A stretch of 64,000 nt of DNA from Bythopirellula sp. (GCA_965216565.1 OZ244170.1:3200001-3264000), one strand, 5' to 3'. Positions 26,005 to 36,263 are shown, counted from the stretch's first letter. Notes: a model not told the origin generated them from the sequence alone. Translations and numbers: made by a program.

Positions 26005-27069
26005 TCAGAGAAGATTCCTGTCTTTTAGCACCTGCAGCAGAACAGGCTCAATTTCTTCTCGAATCGCTGCATTCGCATAGCCAACCCAGGCAATGTTGGT
26101 TTCGCAGTCGAGAGGCGCTCGGAGCGGATCGCCCGCTGGCGAAGTGATAGCAATTCCTAGCTCTTCGGCGATCAGCATAGTGCAAACATCGTACGCATGG
26201 CAGCAATGAGCCAGTGCTTCGCCGCGCTCGTCGGCCACAGATTGCATGATGGGCCTAAGATCAGCCACAAATCGATCGGTTCCGCTAAACAATCCGTGCA
26301 ATTGGCCGCCAGTGCTTGGATATTGATCATCGAAGCATAAAGTCCCGCCTGGAGGTTGGGGGCCAAGGGCCCTGCGCACGACCTCGTCGTTGATCGCTGC
26401 CAATACGTCTGTGACGCCTGGGAAAAATCGGCTGAACGTAGCAAACCCCATCTGAATGGACAATGCTGTCGAGGGCTGCAACTGTAGATTCCTCGCTTCA
26501 CCCGAATGGAGGTTGTGCCGAATCGCTCCTACGCCTTTGCCGCGCACGGCCCACATCTGATCTGCTAAGTACTGTTTTACCAAGGGCAATTCTGTCTGCA
26601 CAGCTAACACGATATCTTGCAAATCGGTTTCGTCGCCTTTGTTGGGTGCCACTCCGGTCAGAATCCATCCGCTCCGCTTTTGTACCATCAAGGGTCTGGT
26701 CCCATCGATGGGGTCGACGATCATCCGCCAACGGCAGGAATCTTCGCTGGCGCCTGTGGGTAGAACCAATTTACCCTCAGGCAAACCCTCGGCTACCAAT
26801 ACAATTGGTTCGAGACTGGCGATCTCGGCGGCAACAAAATCGACAAGCGTCTTCTCGGCGACAGCATCGAGGGCAAACACAAGGTCGCCCCCCTGCTCTG
26901 CCACCACAGTGGACAGCTCCGCAGCAGTTCGCTCTCGAGTGGCTGCAAGGACTTGATCTCGGAGGAGATCGTGGAGTCGTCGAATCTTCGGAAGTAAATC
27001 GGCAATTTCAAGCATGCCTTCAAGATAGCATAAGCCGCCGGAACTAGGCGAGCTGTACACCTTGTCCAA
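26005..27069 (-). CDS. Inositol monophosphatase (FIG superfamily)-like protein
   Basis: 'ALDAVAEK', 'AEG', 'IVDPIDGTR' metal-binding motif, and C-terminal 'HAYDVC...EELG' in place of the usual WD. The real start may be the second Met (MLEIAD). Confidence 0.78.
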   Translation of the reverse strand: MDKVYSSPSSGGLCYLEGMLEIADLLPKIRRLHDLLRDQVLAATRERTAAELSTVVAEQGGDLVFALDAVAEKTLVDFVAAEIASLEPIVLVAEGLPEGKLVLPTGASEDSCRWRMIVDPIDGTRPLMVQKRSGWILTGVAPNKGDETDLQDIVLAVQTELPLVKQYLADQMWAVRGKGVGAIRHNLHSGEARNLQLQPSTALSIQMGFATFSRFFPGVTDVLAAINDEVVRRALGPQPPGGTLCFDDQYPSTGGQLHGLFSGTDRFVADLRPIMQSVADERGEALAHCCHAYDVCTMLIAEELGIAITSPAGDPLRAPLDCETNIAWVGYANAAIREEIEPVLLQVLKDRNLL

Positions 27070-27122
27070 TCACTGGAGAATGTCATGATAGATCTTCCGA
27101 CACTACCCAGAACGAGACCTCG

Positions 27123-28121
27123 TTGACCGACAAATCAATCACCAAGCACGGAACATTCCAGTGCCGATCACACGGTAAGTTTGCGCAATGGTTGGCCGAG
27201 TCGGACGGCAGCCTAGCAGTCTCCACCTACAACTCTGGCAAATTGGTCCTTATTTGTAGCCGTCAGGATCGTCTCTGCTTTCGAACACTAGACCTCGCGC
27301 GCCCCATGGGGATAGCGCTCAACAATGGCCGCTTTGCGGTGGCCGTTCAGAAAAGCATTTTGCTGTACCGTGCGCAAACGGCTAACTCCCCTGAGTATCA
27401 ATCGGCTACTAAACATTTTCAACAAGCCACTGAATTCAGAACTGGAAAGGTCGATTGCCACGATTTGGCGTTTGGAAAACGCGGATTGTACTTCGTTAAC
27501 ACTCGGTTCAATTGTGTTGCTCGCGCGGTCGAGGAACGCAATTTTCTATGCTGTTGGCGCCCACCTTTCATTCCTGATTTGATTGGCGAAGACCAATGTC
27601 ATCTCAATGGACTGGGGATGCAAAACGGTTCGCCCGCCATGGTGACGGCTTTCTCCGAAACCAACTCTAAGAAAGGGTGGCGCACAGAAAATCGATTCGA
27701 GACGGGAGTGCTCGTTGATATTGCTCAAAACCGAGTCGTATCGCGAGGGTTGTGTATGCCCCATTCGCCCCGTCTCCATCGAGGAAAATGGTGGCTCTGC
27801 AACTCAGGCTTGGGGAGTCTCTGCTTGTTTGATCCTGCTAGAGAGAGTGTCGATGAGGTATGCCAGTTCCCAGGTTTCACCCGAGGACTTTGTTTGGTAA
27901 AGGATTACGGCCTAGTCGGACTCTCCAGGATTCGGAAAGAGCATGTCCTCGACACGACATTATTCCGTGACAAACCCATCAAAGCTCGAGCCGGAATCGG
28001 TCTGGTTGAGCTCTCAACTGGGCGCAAGGTCGGGATGCTGGAATTTGTCAGTGGTGGCAATGAAGTGTTCGAAGTGCTGTTCTTACCTGGTGTTAAGAAG
28101 CTTAGCCTGGCTCAAGACTGA
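27123..28121 (+). CDS. TIGR03032 / DUF4915 family protein
   Basis: 'SLAVSTYNSGKL', 'RPMG', 'DCHD', 'FVNTRFNC', 'WRPPFI...EDQCHLNGL', 'MPHSPR', 'PGFTRGL'. Confidence 0.88.
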   Translation: MTDKSITKHGTFQCRSHGKFAQWLAESDGSLAVSTYNSGKLVLICSRQDRLCFRTLDLARPMGIALNNGRFAVAVQKSILLYRAQTANSPEYQSATKHFQQATEFRTGKVDCHDLAFGKRGLYFVNTRFNCVARAVEERNFLCCWRPPFIPDLIGEDQCHLNGLGMQNGSPAMVTAFSETNSKKGWRTENRFETGVLVDIAQNRVVSRGLCMPHSPRLHRGKWWLCNSGLGSLCLFDPARESVDEVCQFPGFTRGLCLVKDYGLVGLSRIRKEHVLDTTLFRDKPIKARAGIGLVELSTGRKVGMLEFVSGGNEVFEVLFLPGVKKLSLAQD

Positions 28122-28313
28122 GAGGCCTGCTACTTGCAAATCGGTTGCAGAGGTGTGAATTCCATGCGCCCTACACAGGGAGCGTTCCAAGGTGTGATCC
28201 ATTCAAAGCAATTTATTGCCCCGCCAGCCAGCAGCGAATATCTTAAGGGCTTCATTGTTCCGCTCCCAACTCTGCACACGTCTAGTAGCTAGGCGAGGAA
28301 GTTTGGCTTCTCG

Positions 28314-31300
28314 ATGCCTGGATTTCGCAAGATATCTCCGAATTTGACGAGGAGCCTACCCGCTGCCAATTTAGCCAACCAGCACGGTTTCTCCCGTTTG
28401 CTCCATTTCGAAACACTGGAGAATCGTCGATTGCTGGCCGGTTCGGATATCGAGATTCGCGCCGCAGGCACCACAGCCACGGAACAAATGGAACTGCGTA
28501 TCGATGGAGTCGCAGTAGCCAACTTCAACGTTGATAGTGGAGATCCCTTCAACAATATTTTTCAGATCTTTAACTACCAGCATGCCTCGACGGTCGGAAT
28601 CGACCAAATCCAGGTAGCGTTCACCAACGATGGGAACACCAGCGGTGGCGAAGATCGCAATCTTCGCGTCGATGGCATCACCTTAGACGGAACGGTCTAT
28701 GAATCGGAACATCCGACTGTTTTCTCTACCGGAACTTGGACACCTACCGATGGATGCGCACCTGGTAACAAGAGTAGCGAATGGCTGCATTGCGGTGGGC
28801 ACTTTCAGTTCAACGAATTGCCACCGCCTGCCGGGTCTTCCATCGTTATCGATGCCGCTGGGGAAACTGGCAGCGAACGTATGGAACTTCAAATTGACGG
28901 CGTTACTGTAGCGACATTCGATAGCGTGGGTGGCGACGCAGGCAATCGTGTTTTTGAAACTTTCCAATACCAGCACGATTCGTTGGTAACGGTCGATCAA
29001 GTACGGGTCGCGCTTACCAATGACACGACTCAAGTTGATCGCAACCTGCGCGTCGATGGCATAACCCTCGACGGTGTGCGATACGAGGCGGAGGCCCCGG
29101 CTACATTTTCGACAGGCACGTGGGACCCGATGAATGGTTGCTCGCCCGGAAATAAGCAAAGCGAATTTCTCCACTGCAACGGCTATTTCCAGTTTGCCGA
29201 TGCGTTTGACCCCGGCACTTTATCGTTGGGCACGACTCAGCTCACCGTTCATGAAACCGACGGAACGGTTTCGATCCCTGTTGTGCGTTCGGGGGGAACC
29301 GACGGGGCCGTCGGATTAGTCTACGCCACGATTTCTGGATCGGCAGTGGAAGGTGCCGACTACACGCCTCAAACTGGTACGGTGCAGTTTGCCGATGGCG
29401 AAGTCACTCAGTTTATTGTTGTGCCCTTACTCGATGATAATACGCAGGATGGTGTGAAGACTTTCAATGTCGCTACCGATCTAGCCACCGGAGGTGCGGC
29501 CCTCGGATTTCCTCGCACGGCGACGATCACTATTCTCGACGACGAAAGCCCTCCTCCCTTCGGAAGTGGCGACGGTTTGTTGGGAGAGTATTACTCAGGA
29601 ACTGAATTCGACACGCTAGAACTGATGCGCGTCGATAGCGATATCGATTTCAATTGGGGGACTGGCTCGCCAGATCCCTCCCTGCCCGTTGATAGCTTTT
29701 CCGTGCGATGGACGGGACAAATCGAATCACGATTCAGTGAGCAAACTATTTTCAGCGTACAGACCGATGGCGGTGTCCGGCTGTGGGTCGACGATCAACT
29801 CATCATTGATGAGTGGTCTGAACAAACTGCCCTTCACACGGGGCAGATGAACTTACTCGCGCTCGAACAGGTTTCGATCGCACTTGAGTTTTCAGAACAG
29901 TCTGGAAACGCGCTGCAAAGCCTGCAGTGGTCGAGCGGATCGCAACCTCTAGAGGTCGTCCCGCAAAGCCAGCTCTACTCAGCTCCGCCCGAACACATTG
30001 ATCTCGGCGGAACATTTGCAAGCCAAAGCCTGTTCACGGGACTCACTCAACCCGTAGCAATGGATATTGCATCAGATGGTCGATTGTTCATTGCAGAGAA
30101 GGCGGGGATTGTCCGAGTTGCCCAGAATAGCCAGATCTTGTCGCAACCATTCATCGATATCTCGGCGATGGTCAATAACAGCTTCGATCGAGGACTGCTC
30201 GGGATTGCCGTTCATCCCGACTTCCCCACTTCGCCCTACGTTTATTTGGCATTCACTTACGATCCTCCCGAAGCCACGGGCACGGGGCTCGATGGCCCCG
30301 ATGGCACTGGGAATCGTGTCGCCCGTTTGATTCGTGTCACCGCTGACAGCAACGCGGATTTCAACCAGGCGATCCCCGGCAGTGAAGTTGTGCTGCTTGG
30401 CACAAACAGCACCTGGTCAAACATCAGCCATCCGGAACTCGATAGCACCAACGACCTCTCGATTCCATCCTCGTGCGGGCCCGATGGTACCCTGGAGGAT
30501 TGCCTACCTTCAGACTCCAACTCGCATTCAATCGGTAATATCGAATTTGGCGGCGATGGCATGCTCTATGTCACCATGGGCGATGGTACTTCCGTAGGAC
30601 TGGTTGATCCACGGACCGATCGAGTTCAAAGCCTTGATAGTCTGTCCGGAAAACTCCTGCGGCTCGATCCCCTCACGGGCCAAGGACTTGACGACAATCC
30701 GTTTTACAACGGCGACCCCACTGCCAATCGGTCCAAGGTGGTCAATTGGGGATTGCGGAATCCCTTCCGGTTCGCTTTTCATCCCACTACCGACGAGCCC
30801 TACTTGGGCGACGTCGGCTGGACTACTTGGGAGGAAATCAACGTAGGGCGCGGCAAGAATTTTGGTTGGCCTTACTACGAGGGAGGCAATGGACAGAACC
30901 TCCAAACAGGCGGTTACGAAGACTTGCAATCCGCGCTTGATTTCTACGCCACCAATCCCGAAGTGGAACCACCTTTCTGGTCGAAGAGCCATGCGGACGG
31001 CGCGGTGTCCGTAGTCCTCGGCGACTTTTACACCGGCAATGTGTACTCACCCGTAGTTCAGAATGCGCTATTCTTCACCGATCTGTTCGACCCGGCCCTC
31101 GAAGCCATTCGCCTCAATCCCGATGGATCGCTCAAGGACGTTCTCACCCTGAGTAATGATCTGGGGACTGTTGTTGAGATGACTTACAACCCGGTCGACG
31201 GACACATGTATTATGTCGATGTCGGCGGTGAGGTGGGACGAATTGCATTCACTCCCGATGTGGCGCCTTCGGCAGAAGAGATCGCCGCGGCCCTGGGAGA

Positions 31301-31802
31301 CTTCGATCTGGACGGGACGACCACGGGGCTAGACTTCCTTGCCTGGCAAATCGGCAGTGGGATGACAGACGGAGCAGCCATTACTGATGGAGATTCCAAC
31401 AACGATGGCAGCGTAGATTTTATAGATCGCATCGCCTGGGAGACAAACTATAGCGCTGTAAATTCACTGGCTGGCGCATCGAGTAGTGGGCTTCTTTCAA
31501 CAGCCATCTCCGCCCACACCACAAACGACCCTGCGACTCCTGATCTACCGCTAGCGGATATTGCGGCGGTGTACTGGTCGGACATTGACCTCAAATCAAG
31601 CGAAAGTCCTCAGCAGTCTTCTCAAGAGAATGTACCTAATCTATACGGCAGGTATCTGAACCTAGCGGATGAACTGCCCCAAGAATCGGACTCGCCTGTA
31701 GACTCCCTCTTGGAAGAAGATTTGTCTAAAGACGATTACGAAGATCTTGACGGTGCTCTCGCACTTCTTCTTGAAGATGATACGTTTTCGACCGTGCTCT
31801 AG
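28314..31802 (+). CDS. Secreted multidomain PQQ-dependent sugar dehydrogenase-like protein (2x CBM60-like, Calx-beta, PA14, GSDH propeller, EF-hand-like module)
   Basis: 'FETLENRRLLA' export motif; two 'AFTND...DRNLRVDGITLDG' domains; Calx-beta 'V.RSGG.DG...GSAVEGADY'; PA14 'GLLGEY...IDFNWG.GSP...FSVRWTG'; GSDH 'RGLLGIAVHPDF', 'GLRNPFR', 'GDVGW..WEEIN', 'NFGWP'. Confidence 0.88.
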   Translation: MPGFRKISPNLTRSLPAANLANQHGFSRLLHFETLENRRLLAGSDIEIRAAGTTATEQMELRIDGVAVANFNVDSGDPFNNIFQIFNYQHASTVGIDQIQVAFTNDGNTSGGEDRNLRVDGITLDGTVYESEHPTVFSTGTWTPTDGCAPGNKSSEWLHCGGHFQFNELPPPAGSSIVIDAAGETGSERMELQIDGVTVATFDSVGGDAGNRVFETFQYQHDSLVTVDQVRVALTNDTTQVDRNLRVDGITLDGVRYEAEAPATFSTGTWDPMNGCSPGNKQSEFLHCNGYFQFADAFDPGTLSLGTTQLTVHETDGTVSIPVVRSGGTDGAVGLVYATISGSAVEGADYTPQTGTVQFADGEVTQFIVVPLLDDNTQDGVKTFNVATDLATGGAALGFPRTATITILDDESPPPFGSGDGLLGEYYSGTEFDTLELMRVDSDIDFNWGTGSPDPSLPVDSFSVRWTGQIESRFSEQTIFSVQTDGGVRLWVDDQLIIDEWSEQTALHTGQMNLLALEQVSIALEFSEQSGNALQSLQWSSGSQPLEVVPQSQLYSAPPEHIDLGGTFASQSLFTGLTQPVAMDIASDGRLFIAEKAGIVRVAQNSQILSQPFIDISAMVNNSFDRGLLGIAVHPDFPTSPYVYLAFTYDPPEATGTGLDGPDGTGNRVARLIRVTADSNADFNQAIPGSEVVLLGTNSTWSNISHPELDSTNDLSIPSSCGPDGTLEDCLPSDSNSHSIGNIEFGGDGMLYVTMGDGTSVGLVDPRTDRVQSLDSLSGKLLRLDPLTGQGLDDNPFYNGDPTANRSKVVNWGLRNPFRFAFHPTTDEPYLGDVGWTTWEEINVGRGKNFGWPYYEGGNGQNLQTGGYEDLQSALDFYATNPEVEPPFWSKSHADGAVSVVLGDFYTGNVYSPVVQNALFFTDLFDPALEAIRLNPDGSLKDVLTLSNDLGTVVEMTYNPVDGHMYYVDVGGEVGRIAFTPDVAPSAEEIAAALGDFDLDGTTTGLDFLAWQIGSGMTDGAAITDGDSNNDGSVDFIDRIAWETNYSAVNSLAGASSSGLLSTAISAHTTNDPATPDLPLADIAAVYWSDIDLKSSESPQQSSQENVPNLYGRYLNLADELPQESDSPVDSLLEEDLSKDDYEDLDGALALLLEDDTFSTVL

Positions 31803-31899
31803 GTTCCGGCGATCCATCGGATCGCGGCTATAGTCGTTCTCAAACTATCGTGGGGAGCGGCTGATTCCCGCTGAAGGCCTTTCCCTCCCGCTCTGCTGA

Positions 31900-31927
31900 G
31901 GAACTTTACAAGATGGAAAACGTCGTA
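31900..31927 (+). promoter_or_regulatory. Candidate ECF-type (sigmaE-like) promoter upstream of the ECF sigma gene
   Basis: GGAACTT (31900-31906), 16-nt spacer, TCGTA. Resembles the GAACTT-N16-TCnnA pattern and lies ~70 nt before ATG 31998. Confidence 0.4.
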
Positions 31928-31997
31928 GAATAGAGTGCAAAACCTATTCTCCCACTTTTCTGCACCCCTTTTCTCTCTTCCTAGCACTGATACAGTC

Positions 31998-32537
31998 ATG
32001 GCCGCTGTAAGCGAACCGGTGGAAGTCAAATTGGAAAGCCTGATCCTAGAACATCAGGCCGATGTCTGGCGGTATCTACGTTACCTAGGTGCGAGTGCTG
32101 CCGACGCGGACGACCTCACGCAGGAGACCTTTCTAGCGGTCGGGCGATCAAAGTTCGAACAACGATCGCCGGCGCAGACGGCAGGCTACCTACGCACCGT
32201 CGCCCGCAATCAACTACTGATGGCGAGACGTCGGCAAGGACGCGAGGTGAATACTGTCGAGATGGAAGCCGCCGAAACCGTGTGGGCCGAACGTATCGAA
32301 CCCCACGGCACGAACGGCTACCTCGAGGCGCTCGGCGATTGTTTGGAAAACCTCGACGGACGCGCTCGGGATGTCGTCAATCAGTTTTATCGCGACCGTC
32401 GTGGCCGAGCCGAAATCGCCAAGAGCTTAGACATGAAACCCGACGGCGTAAAAACGTTGCTCCGGCGTACCCGTGAAATTTTGCGTCAATGCATCGAACG
32501 TCGTATCACACGAGAGAGCGTGACTGATTCGCCATGA
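31998..32537 (+). CDS. ECF RNA polymerase sigma factor
   Basis: Region 2 'VWRYLRYLG...ADDLTQETFL...YLRTVARN' and region 4 'EIAKSLDMKPDGVKTLLRRTREILRQC'. Confidence 0.92.
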   Translation: MAAVSEPVEVKLESLILEHQADVWRYLRYLGASAADADDLTQETFLAVGRSKFEQRSPAQTAGYLRTVARNQLLMARRRQGREVNTVEMEAAETVWAERIEPHGTNGYLEALGDCLENLDGRARDVVNQFYRDRRGRAEIAKSLDMKPDGVKTLLRRTREILRQCIERRITRESVTDSP

Positions 32538-35500
32538 ACGAGCCAGAATCAAAGTCTGATTGGGAAGATCGTCTGGTCAACCTTGCTTTGGAAGAGTCCC
32601 TGGGAGGGCAATCGCCCCCAGACCTTTCCGACGAGATTCTTGCCGCTTCGAGCCGTACATCGGTCGCTTCTCTCGAGCTAGGAGCACAGGCGATGAACGA
32701 TCTTCAGCACGGAAAGATTTCCCGGCGTAAGCATTGGGTCATGTTTGCCGCAGCAGCCAGCCTGCTAGTGGCCGTGGGTATGCTCATGTTCATCCATAGT
32801 CGTGCTCAAACACGACTTGCTCTAAGTCCTTCTGATACCAAGATCAAGGCGAATGCGGAATCGTCTGAGTCTTCCCTAAAGCGTTCCGATTCTGGCTCTC
32901 TCGCCCAGAAGAACCTAGAGCGGTTGTCCCATAGGGAAAAGAGTCTCAAGGAATCGAACCGAGATCGCGAGGCGGCACTTCCTGCCGTCGAAGCGAAGAA
33001 TGAAGATGAATTGAAAGAGATGAACATTCCTCACATAGTGAGTGACGGCGAACAAGCCGAAGAGTTTGGCGCCTTGGGTAACACTGATGCGATAGTAGAC
33101 CAGCAAACTGTGCAGGAAGGTTCTCTTGAGTTATTCGGACGACCCTCCTCTTCAGGCAAAGAAGCTAGCCAGCCTACCCAGGCGGACGTTGATCAAGGGC
33201 AGGCGTCTAGACGGAGAGTTATTGCTTCAAAGGACGAGAACGGCAATCTTTCTATAGGGAGTGCTTCGACCGATGCAAAAAAACGCGATTACGATGAATC
33301 TCCCATTGTGCGCTATCTCGAAGTGCCGCCTCAATCCGCGGAAAGCTCCGGTGGTGAACGATTTCGCATCGATCGAGGGGGTACTGGTGGTCGAACTAGC
33401 GGGCAACTTCGCGGCGGTGCGGTTGCATCGGAACGTGGCCGAACTTGGAATCTCCATCAAAACTTTTATTACAAAGGCAGGTCGGCCGCTCCCCTGCCTA
33501 AAGAGTCCTCAAGTGAAAGCGACGAGAACGAAGTTCTTGCCGATCTGAAGTCTGAATTGGAAGCAAAGCATGACCAATATCTAGAATACTCCAAGGAGCT
33601 CGACTCAGCGGATGAAGCTTCTGAAAGTGCTGTGCTTTCTGCTTTGGCCAAACCCTATCGAGACCTTCAACAAAAAATCCTCTCCAAAAAACAAGAGCTT
33701 GTGGAACTTGAAGTGTCACAATCTGCTGCAGCGCAGGCAGCATCTAGTCCGACGGCTATAGAGGCTGCTGTGAAAAACCAAATCGAGGGTGATCCACAAT
33801 TTCAAAGTTTGCAAGCAGAACGGCTTGCCTATAGCCAGCAGCTAAAAACATTGGAAGTCAAACTTAAAAACAAAAGCAATTCACCCGAAGCAAAACGCCT
33901 TCAAGAACAGATTGCTGGTTTGGATCAACAAACTCAGGAATTTCGTGTCGCAAAAGAGTCGGAATTACGTAACCGCTTCAAGGGATCTCCAAACGACATG
34001 CTTCAATCCACCATGATGGAATACATGTTGCGGAAGCAGTCAATCAATAATGAAATTGTCGAGCTTGGGAAACAATACAAGAGCAAACTAACTGAGTTAG
34101 ACAAATCTGGTCAGACTTCTGCAAAGTTAGCCATCATCAACTCGGAAATCGAGCAACTAGCGGAATTAACTAGGAAATTGGAAAAGGAAACTTCTTCTAG
34201 GAGCGATTCTTCCATGCCTTCTGAATCCGCTAGCGGCAGAATCAACGCGCACCTCGGTCGAAAAATTGTTGAATATCAACAACTCGCTCGGATGAATCGC
34301 CGCTTTGGTTATCAAGATTCTGAGGAAAATCGCGAACGCATTGCCATTCTCTCAGAAGAGATCGATGATCTCCGCCGCACAAAGCGTCGCTATGAAGCAC
34401 AGCAAGGCAGTGGGCCTGGCACTTCCGGCGATCAGTATGCCCGCATCTATGAGAATCCCTTTGTGCAGACCAAGACTTCCGAAGAAAACTTCAGCACGTT
34501 TTCTATCGACGTCGACACGGCCTCGTATGCCAATGTTCGGCGGTTTCTCATGCAGTCGGGTCAGTTGCCACCGCCCGACGCGGTGCGAATAGAAGAGTTG
34601 GTGAACTATTTCGATTACGATTACAGCGGTCCCACTGGCGATGTGCCGTTTGCTTCGCACGTGGAAGTTGCTGGTTGCCCCTGGAATGCCGAACATCGGT
34701 TGGTGCGTATTGGTATTAAGGGCAAGGAAATCGAACGCGGTAAGCGTCCGCAGTCGAATCTAGTATTCTTGATCGATGTTTCTGGTTCGATGAACGAGCC
34801 AACCAAACTGCCGCTCCTCGTAGAGGGCATGAAGCTAATCACTCGTGAGTTGGGCGAGAACGACAAAGTAGCGATCGTAGTCTACGCTTCCAGCGAGGGC
34901 TTAGCCCTCGAGAGTACTCGCGGCGACAAGCAGCAGCAAATCCTTTCCGCACTCAACAAATTGCGGGCCGGTGGCTCTACGGCGGGCGGAGCGGGTATCG
35001 AGCTGGCTTACAAGACGGCCGTTGAGAACCACATTGAAGGTGGCGTGAACCGCGTGATTCTCTGCACCGATGGCGACTTCAACGTCGGCGTTACCAGCAC
35101 CAGTGACCTCGAACGCATGGCCGAGGATAACGCTAAGGATACCGGCGTGTTCCTCACTGTGCTCGGCTTTGGTCGCGGCAACCTCAACGATTCGATGATG
35201 GAGCGGATCAGCGGCAAGGGCAACGGCAACTACCACTATGTCGATAATTTGACCGAGGCCCGCAAGGTGCTGGTCGAGGAGATGGCCGGCACGCTGGTGA
35301 CCATCGCCAAGGACGTGAAGATCCAAATCGATTTCAATCCCTATCAGGTTGCCGGCTATCGGCTGCTTGGTTATGAAAATCGTATGCTGCGAACGGAAGA
35401 TTTCAACGACGACAAGAAAGATGCCGGCGAAATTGGTGCCGGACATACGGTCACAGCCCTTTACGAAATTGTGCCAGCCGGCAAGTCGGTGGACGTGCCA

Positions 35501-35857
35501 CCGGTCGATGCTTCGAAGTATGTGAAGGCCACCGATAAGCCTTCCGAGGCAGAAGTTTCAGAAGAACTTCTAACTCTTCGTATTCGCTACAAACAGCCGG
35601 ATGCCGATGTCAGCACCAAACAAGAGTTTCCTGTTACCGACCAAGGCAATTCGTTCACCGAGGCGACGCCCGATTACCAGTTTGCCTCGGCAGTGGCCAG
35701 CTTTGGCATGCTGTTGCGAGATTCTGAGCATAAAGGCAACACGTCTTTCGCCGCAGTGAAAGAAATCGCCCAGGAAGCGAGCGAGCGTGACCAGCACGGT
35801 TACCGGGCCGAGTTTTTGCAGATGGTCGACCGGGCGAAGCAGCTTTCCGGGGAGTAG
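32534..35857 (+). CDS. Membrane-anchored anti-sigma-like protein with coiled coil and YfbK-like VWA module
   Basis: Overlaps the sigma gene by 4 bp. TM 'WVMFAAAASLLVAVGML'; 'STFSIDVDTASY...VRIEELVNYF'; MIDAS 'LIDVSGSM'; 'GGSTAGG', 'LCTDGDFNVG', 'GYENR...DFNDDKKDAGEIGAGHTVTALYE'. Confidence 0.9.
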   Translation: MNEPESKSDWEDRLVNLALEESLGGQSPPDLSDEILAASSRTSVASLELGAQAMNDLQHGKISRRKHWVMFAAAASLLVAVGMLMFIHSRAQTRLALSPSDTKIKANAESSESSLKRSDSGSLAQKNLERLSHREKSLKESNRDREAALPAVEAKNEDELKEMNIPHIVSDGEQAEEFGALGNTDAIVDQQTVQEGSLELFGRPSSSGKEASQPTQADVDQGQASRRRVIASKDENGNLSIGSASTDAKKRDYDESPIVRYLEVPPQSAESSGGERFRIDRGGTGGRTSGQLRGGAVASERGRTWNLHQNFYYKGRSAAPLPKESSSESDENEVLADLKSELEAKHDQYLEYSKELDSADEASESAVLSALAKPYRDLQQKILSKKQELVELEVSQSAAAQAASSPTAIEAAVKNQIEGDPQFQSLQAERLAYSQQLKTLEVKLKNKSNSPEAKRLQEQIAGLDQQTQEFRVAKESELRNRFKGSPNDMLQSTMMEYMLRKQSINNEIVELGKQYKSKLTELDKSGQTSAKLAIINSEIEQLAELTRKLEKETSSRSDSSMPSESASGRINAHLGRKIVEYQQLARMNRRFGYQDSEENRERIAILSEEIDDLRRTKRRYEAQQGSGPGTSGDQYARIYENPFVQTKTSEENFSTFSIDVDTASYANVRRFLMQSGQLPPPDAVRIEELVNYFDYDYSGPTGDVPFASHVEVAGCPWNAEHRLVRIGIKGKEIERGKRPQSNLVFLIDVSGSMNEPTKLPLLVEGMKLITRELGENDKVAIVVYASSEGLALESTRGDKQQQILSALNKLRAGGSTAGGAGIELAYKTAVENHIEGGVNRVILCTDGDFNVGVTSTSDLERMAEDNAKDTGVFLTVLGFGRGNLNDSMMERISGKGNGNYHYVDNLTEARKVLVEEMAGTLVTIAKDVKIQIDFNPYQVAGYRLLGYENRMLRTEDFNDDKKDAGEIGAGHTVTALYEIVPAGKSVDVPPVDASKYVKATDKPSEAEVSEELLTLRIRYKQPDADVSTKQEFPVTDQGNSFTEATPDYQFASAVASFGMLLRDSEHKGNTSFAAVKEIAQEASERDQHGYRAEFLQMVDRAKQLSGE

Positions 35858-35863
35858 TTTTTC

Positions 35864-36263
35864 AACGCAGAGTTCGCTGAGGGAATGAGGGCCACGGAGA
35901 AGAATCTCAACTATTATTGGAGATTCTCACGTAGCAAGTGGCTAAGGTCGGCAGAATCCCCAACAGAAAAAAATTATGTACGTGACGGCTCTACCAGCGT
36001 ATTTGGGCGACTTATGGATCACGGTATGAATTAAGTGGGCAAGAAAGCATACAACTCCCAACAACGAAACGAAGAAAAAATAGGAGTGTAGCAGGTAGTG
36101 AAAGAAAGCAAGCGCTACCATGCCTATCAGTAGTCCAAGCGATTCTCTTTCACCCATAAGATTCAGCAGCGTTAAAGAATTGTTCAATGCGTTATCTTAT
36201 TATCTGCAGAACAAGGCTTATTTTTAACTCTGCGGCCCTCGTGCCCCCCGCGAACTCTGCGTT
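35864..36263. repeat. 36-bp imperfect inverted repeats (35864-35899 and 36228-36263) enclosing an AT-rich insert
   Basis: Left AACGCAGAGTTCGCTGAGGGAATGAGGGCCACGGAG against right CTCTGCGGCCCTCGTGCCCCCCGCGAACTCTGCGTT: 30/36 complementary by my count, with the outer 14 perfect. Confidence 0.75.
35942..36187 (-). CDS. Small hydrophobic hypothetical membrane protein, possibly a fragment
   Basis: 81-aa ORF with 2-3 hydrophobic stretches. AT-rich, TTG start (alternative ATG 36157). Confidence 0.35.
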   Translation of the reverse strand: MNNSLTLLNLMGERESLGLLIGMVALAFFHYLLHSYFFFVSLLGVVCFLAHLIHTVIHKSPKYAGRAVTYIIFFCWGFCRP

